The position numbers and the translations under genes were made by a program. Below, one piece after another: positions 60,029 to 64,000 of a DNA stretch of 64,000 nucleotides. The stretch is taken from the NCBI GenBank assembly GCA_051294375.1, contig CM119264.1, positions 3,081,575 to 3,145,574 of the forward strand. Direction: 5' to 3'. Within the stretch, counting starts at the first letter, position 1. The number at the start of each line of letters is the position of its first letter. Source of the stretch: Paraspadella gotoi. Taxonomy: Eukaryota; Animalia; Chaetognatha. The notes beneath the pieces were generated by a model. The model did no database searches and was not told the DNA's origin. It saw only the letters and a list, made by a program, of their open reading frames with translations.

Positions 60029-60887
60029 TATAACAAAATTGACAACTCAAATCCAGCCAATATTTTCAAACAAAAAAATCTGGATAACCAAGATAATATT
60101 TTAGTATCTGACTGACAGTTACAACATCAACCACTTGTAAAACATTCTTTACTGAAAAAAACCAAAAAGAAAAACAATTCCATCTCGAACAAAAATGATT
60201 AAGATTTTCGCGACTCTATATCTTGAACTTCTTAAATCTTGCCATTTTTCTAAAATTACTTTTTTCGGATGTTAGTTTTTTTGTCATTTTTAGTTGCGCC
60301 GCGAGTACACGTAGACCATGTCAGTTTTTGGTCAGTCAATCAGTTCATTGGTATGTCCGTCCATTGGTCAGCCCCACTTACGTTAAAAATGCATATAATT
60401 TGCCTATAGTTGGTTGCTCATTTGTTAAGACAGAAAAAAACCTCAAATCTAAGGGAATGCTTAAGCAGGAATTCCTAAAACTATAAGAAATAAAAGACCT
60501 AAATTTGATGCAGTGCATGTAATAAATTTTTTTATCATGACCTGTCACGTCATGTCATATCATGTGATTAAATGGAAATACACATAAAAATAAAGTCCCT
60601 GCGGCGCAACACATTGGAATTACCGTTCTTTTTTTTTTGGCTCAATTAAGAAATTTCTACTTTCCAATTCCAAAAAAAGTTAGCAAACTAACTAATTAGT
60701 CTTTGCTAAAAATTATAAACAAAAGACAATTTTTTTGTTTTTTACTTTAGTAAGAGATGGTTTGGAAATGGCATGGAGATTAGGGAGTTGCCCCTCTGAC
60801 GTTTGATCGATCCTTTTACTTGAATCATGAAGGATAGCAAATTCAATGGCGGGACGATCATTCCAATACATTTATTTTAATTTGGAA
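60029..60887 (+). repeat. Inverted copy of the 44788-45669 repeat
   Basis: Reverse-complement similarity across about 860 bp. Confidence 0.85.
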
Positions 60888-61949
60888 AAGAAGCCGTTGT
60901 TACGAAAATATGACTAATGCCTAACCAGAATCTAATGATTTCTTCATATAATTAGCGATGCTCTTTTATCAGTTGGCCTCTGCCTCAATAATTGCTCACT
61001 TTTCTAGTTATTTTGGTAAGTTCGTGATAGTGAGAGTTTTTGTGCCGAGTTAGCGCGAGAATTAGGCGTCAGGGAAGCATCGCTATTTTAATTATTTATG
61101 GCAACGGCCGCTCCCGATTTTGGGCGGCATTGCAATACATTAGAAGTTTTCGTCATCGGAGTGCCTCGCTCAAGCGCTTTGTCGAAGACTCTCTACCTTG
61201 GCGGGCCTGCAAGGGCTCATCGAGAAGAAAAACCGCCACGTGTCGCGGCACGGATCGACGTTTTCATGAAAACGACTTGATCATTGTTGGACGGGCGTAA
61301 GATCTCGACGTCAACGACCCCGCTTTCATCACGATTAGGAGATCTCCGGTGGACGGCGTAGTCGGCGTGATCTGCAGCAGCGCCGGTCAGTATGTCGAGC
61401 CTCTAAGAGGAAAACGCCGGGATTCAATTCGTCTCGATCTCTTGCTCTTCCACCCGCGCGGAATAAAAGAGCGTGATTTCGACGCCGCGTCTCTAAGAGC
61501 TTTACGACGGTGTTGGATAGGAAAACGGAGGTCAAGCGCGCTCATCAAATAACGGGAGTGCCGAAGGCAGCCTCTTCCGGCGTTTTTTGTGGATTTTGCA
61601 GAGTTTTTGTAAGTCGCGAAATTTTATTTCGCGCTGTTAATTGGCAAAGGAGAAAAATATTCGAAAACTCGAATCGCGGGCGAATTCTCGATGTGAAGAG
61701 ACAGTGAGGCGACTTACCACCGGTCTGTCTCTCTAAACCCTTCCTCTCTCCTCTTTCTTCGAGCCGGTCTATTCCAGACGGTCACTTTGCCCTAGCTTTG
61801 GCAATGACCTTAGATTGACCGGACACAGTAATAGGGCCGAGGCGACCGTAAGGTCAAGTTGGTCCGGGCGATGATAAAAGTGGATCAGGAGAGAGCTAGT
61901 CTCACTTCTTTTCTACTTCTCTTACATCGTCACAATTCTTCTCCTCACT

Positions 61950-62204
61950 TTTATTATTATTATTTTCGTCTTCTAAAACAGTAATTATTGTTATGTGTTA
62001 ATGACAGAACCGTTCAATATAAGCAGTCCCTGAGCTTCAGATCAGGCTGTAACACCATGTTACAGGCAGGTTAAGCGCCCCGTCCCTCTTAACTGCTGGA
62101 CGACCACCGGGCTTGAACCCCGGACCTTTGGGTTGGGAGGCGAATGACTTGCCTCTGGCACCAATGGCCGCTGATGAACGGTTGGTGGATTTTAGTCCAC
62201 CATA
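61950..62204 (-). mobile_element. tRNA-derived SINE-like element (tRNA-like head 62171-62100, hairpin-rich body, (AAT)n tail)
   Basis: Minus strand GCGGCCA-TTGGTGCCAGAGG (A-box-like)...CCGGGGTTCAAGCCCGG (B-box/T-arm)-TGGTCGT forms a 7-bp acceptor stem over 72 nt; anticodon stem broken; tail aataataataataa. Confidence 0.6.
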
Positions 62205-63048
62205 CATCCCCCCCTCCCATAGGGAGATGTCTGTTGCGTCTCTTCAGTGAATTGTTGTTGATGGAAAGTTCGTCACCAAGTTGAGGCATGTTGCTTGATG
62301 TGTTGTTGGTGGAAAGTGCATCGCCAGGTTGAGGCATGTCGCCTGAAAGTGTTGTTGTTGCTGTTGTGTTCGGAAGTCGGGCTCACCAATGAAGTGGATT
62401 TTAGTCCACCATAGATGGAAGATTTATTCTTCTGTAGAAACTATTTCGTTGATAGGATGTGAAAACGCCGTGGGAAACGAAGCGCCGCTATCGTCGGTTT
62501 TTTCAGAATCTATCTCTCTGGCTCACCATGTCGCCGCCAGCGGCGTCAAAGCATCCCGCCCGACCTTTTTTCCCGCCGAATGTGTCTTCTACAAATGAGT
62601 CAAATTTTAAGTCTGCATCGTTGTTCGCCGATGACGGCAACACCTGTTTGGAACCGGCGCCGTTGACGGTGACCCCCTGCGTTTCGGCGTCTGACAAAAG
62701 CCGGCTCAACTTCGTCTCTACTCTTCCCCGATGATTCCGTCTACCGATCTTCAAATTTGGAGTCAATGTAGCGTCGCCTAGAGGTGTCTCTACCTGCCCT
62801 GTCTTCCTCTGCTGCTTCCGTTGTGTTGTTGGAGGCGGTGCCGGCGGAGGCGCCGGTTGACGCCATCGGATCGTCCTGCATCTCCTCTAGCCAAGGGATT
62901 GCCGACGTCGCGACTATTGGCAAAACTTTAGTTTTAACTGACAACGAAAACGACGACGAAGAGAAAGAAGAAGAAGAGAGAAAAAACTCAAATTTAAATT
63001 TGGCGATTGACTCTACTTTCGAAAGGATGACGCTAAAAATTCGCCACG

Positions 63049-63785
63049 ATGGCGCCGGTCTCTCTCAACATTTGCTGCGGCGTCAATGCCCCTTCGGCGG
63101 CATCGGATTCCAACATCTCGACGCCGTTTTGTCCGTTGGTCAACTCCGCTGTGGAGACGACAGGCTTCTTGAAGATTCAAGCGCAAATGCTCGCCTTCCA
63201 AATGCTCCAACAGCAGCGCCCAAAGGTTAAAACCGACGAAAATACAACGCGTCTGGACTATGAGCAGCAGCTTCGTGATTTCAAGAGTTGCGTAGTTTCG
63301 TTGGACTCTGCGACTTCGGCGGCCTTCCAAAATGGTCCGTCGAGAGATACGTCAATCGACGCAACGCGGCCGACGCCCTTCGCGATGCGATTCAATTGTT
63401 TAAGAGGAAATAGGGATTAAAAAGAACAACGACAGACGAAATGTTGCAGCAAGTCCTCACTGACGAAAAGCTCGACCGTGCGGCAGGACCCCACGCTCTT
63501 CTGATCAACCTGCAGCAAATCCAAGATCTCGCGCTGGAGATGGGCCAGCTGGTGGACCTGGACCGGGCGTCGGTGATGTCATATTTTCTAGCTTTGTCCA
63601 CTCTGCAGCGGGGATCATAAACTGAAATGCTGCGCCCAGTTCATCTCCATGGAACCGGCGTCGCAGCATCGTTTTATCGCCGCTGCTTTAATTGCCTGGG
63701 AAGTGGACATTGGATTGAAGACTGCTTTGCGATTGAAAGATGCTTCTGCGACGAGAATCATCATCATCCTCTTCTCCACTTCTGA
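63049..63785 (+). pseudogene. Degenerate BEL/Pao LTR-retrotransposon gag remnant
   Basis: From 63595: CPLCSGDHKLKCCAQFISME, then after a frameshift RCFNCLGSGHWIEDCFAIERCFCDENHHHPLLH: the triple zinc-knuckle ending HH.LLH characteristic of BEL/Pao gag; interrupted by stops and frameshifts. Confidence 0.75.
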
Positions 63786-64000
63786 CGAGGAGATGAGTGA
63801 GCGGAACATCCTGGAATCTGCCATCGGACGATAGGACCGCCAGAAAGACTGACGACGATGTGACTTTGTCGGGTAGCCGTCGGGCGAGTGCCCGCTCCAC
63901 GCCCGGCTACGCCTATCGAGTTTCGCGACGAACAAATATGGGAGAAAAACTTTGCTTGAAATGGTATTTAATAGTCAGAAGTATGTTTATTTTCATTTTA

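Noticed and set aside
62100-62171. Functional tRNA-Gly(CCC) gene
   Set aside because: Anticodon stem does not pair, T-loop is atypical, no poly-T terminator; better explained as a SINE-like head.
62172-62203. CTGATGA followed by a hairpin as a hammerhead ribozyme
   Set aside because: No GAAA core segment after the stem.

Overview
Eukaryotic (invertebrate-like) genomic scaffold with three N-gaps. (1) 1-31430, + strand: the 3' part of a giant multi-exon gene. I can chain 39 phase-consistent GT-AG exons giving about 5,760 aa inside the window (5' end is outside). It encodes a ~3,100-aa Cys-rich ectodomain of tandem ephrin-receptor-like/GCC2-GCC3-type repeats in two huge exons, a furin-type RKKR site, one TM helix and a ~2,650-aa cytoplasmic tail with long coiled coils and a C-terminal HCLAH motif. 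(2) Inside its 3.3-kb intron, on the opposite strand, lies a small spliced gene resembling a divergent MAPEG (MGST1/PTGES-like) protein. (3) 33368-42645: an NRF-6/OACYL-type acyltransferase-3 gene appears three times, separated by 25-N gaps, probably an assembly artefact. (4) 42690-64000: repeat-rich DNA with TA-flanked TIR elements, DINE-1/Helentron-like elements, a tRNA-derived SINE-like element, possible decayed hammerheads and a frameshifted BEL/Pao gag. Other notable structure: a sharp CpG-poor to CpG-rich switch inside one exon, several introns starting with tandem copies of their own splice donor, and a perfect 46-bp intronic hairpin. All family assignments are from motif recognition by eye, with no database search.
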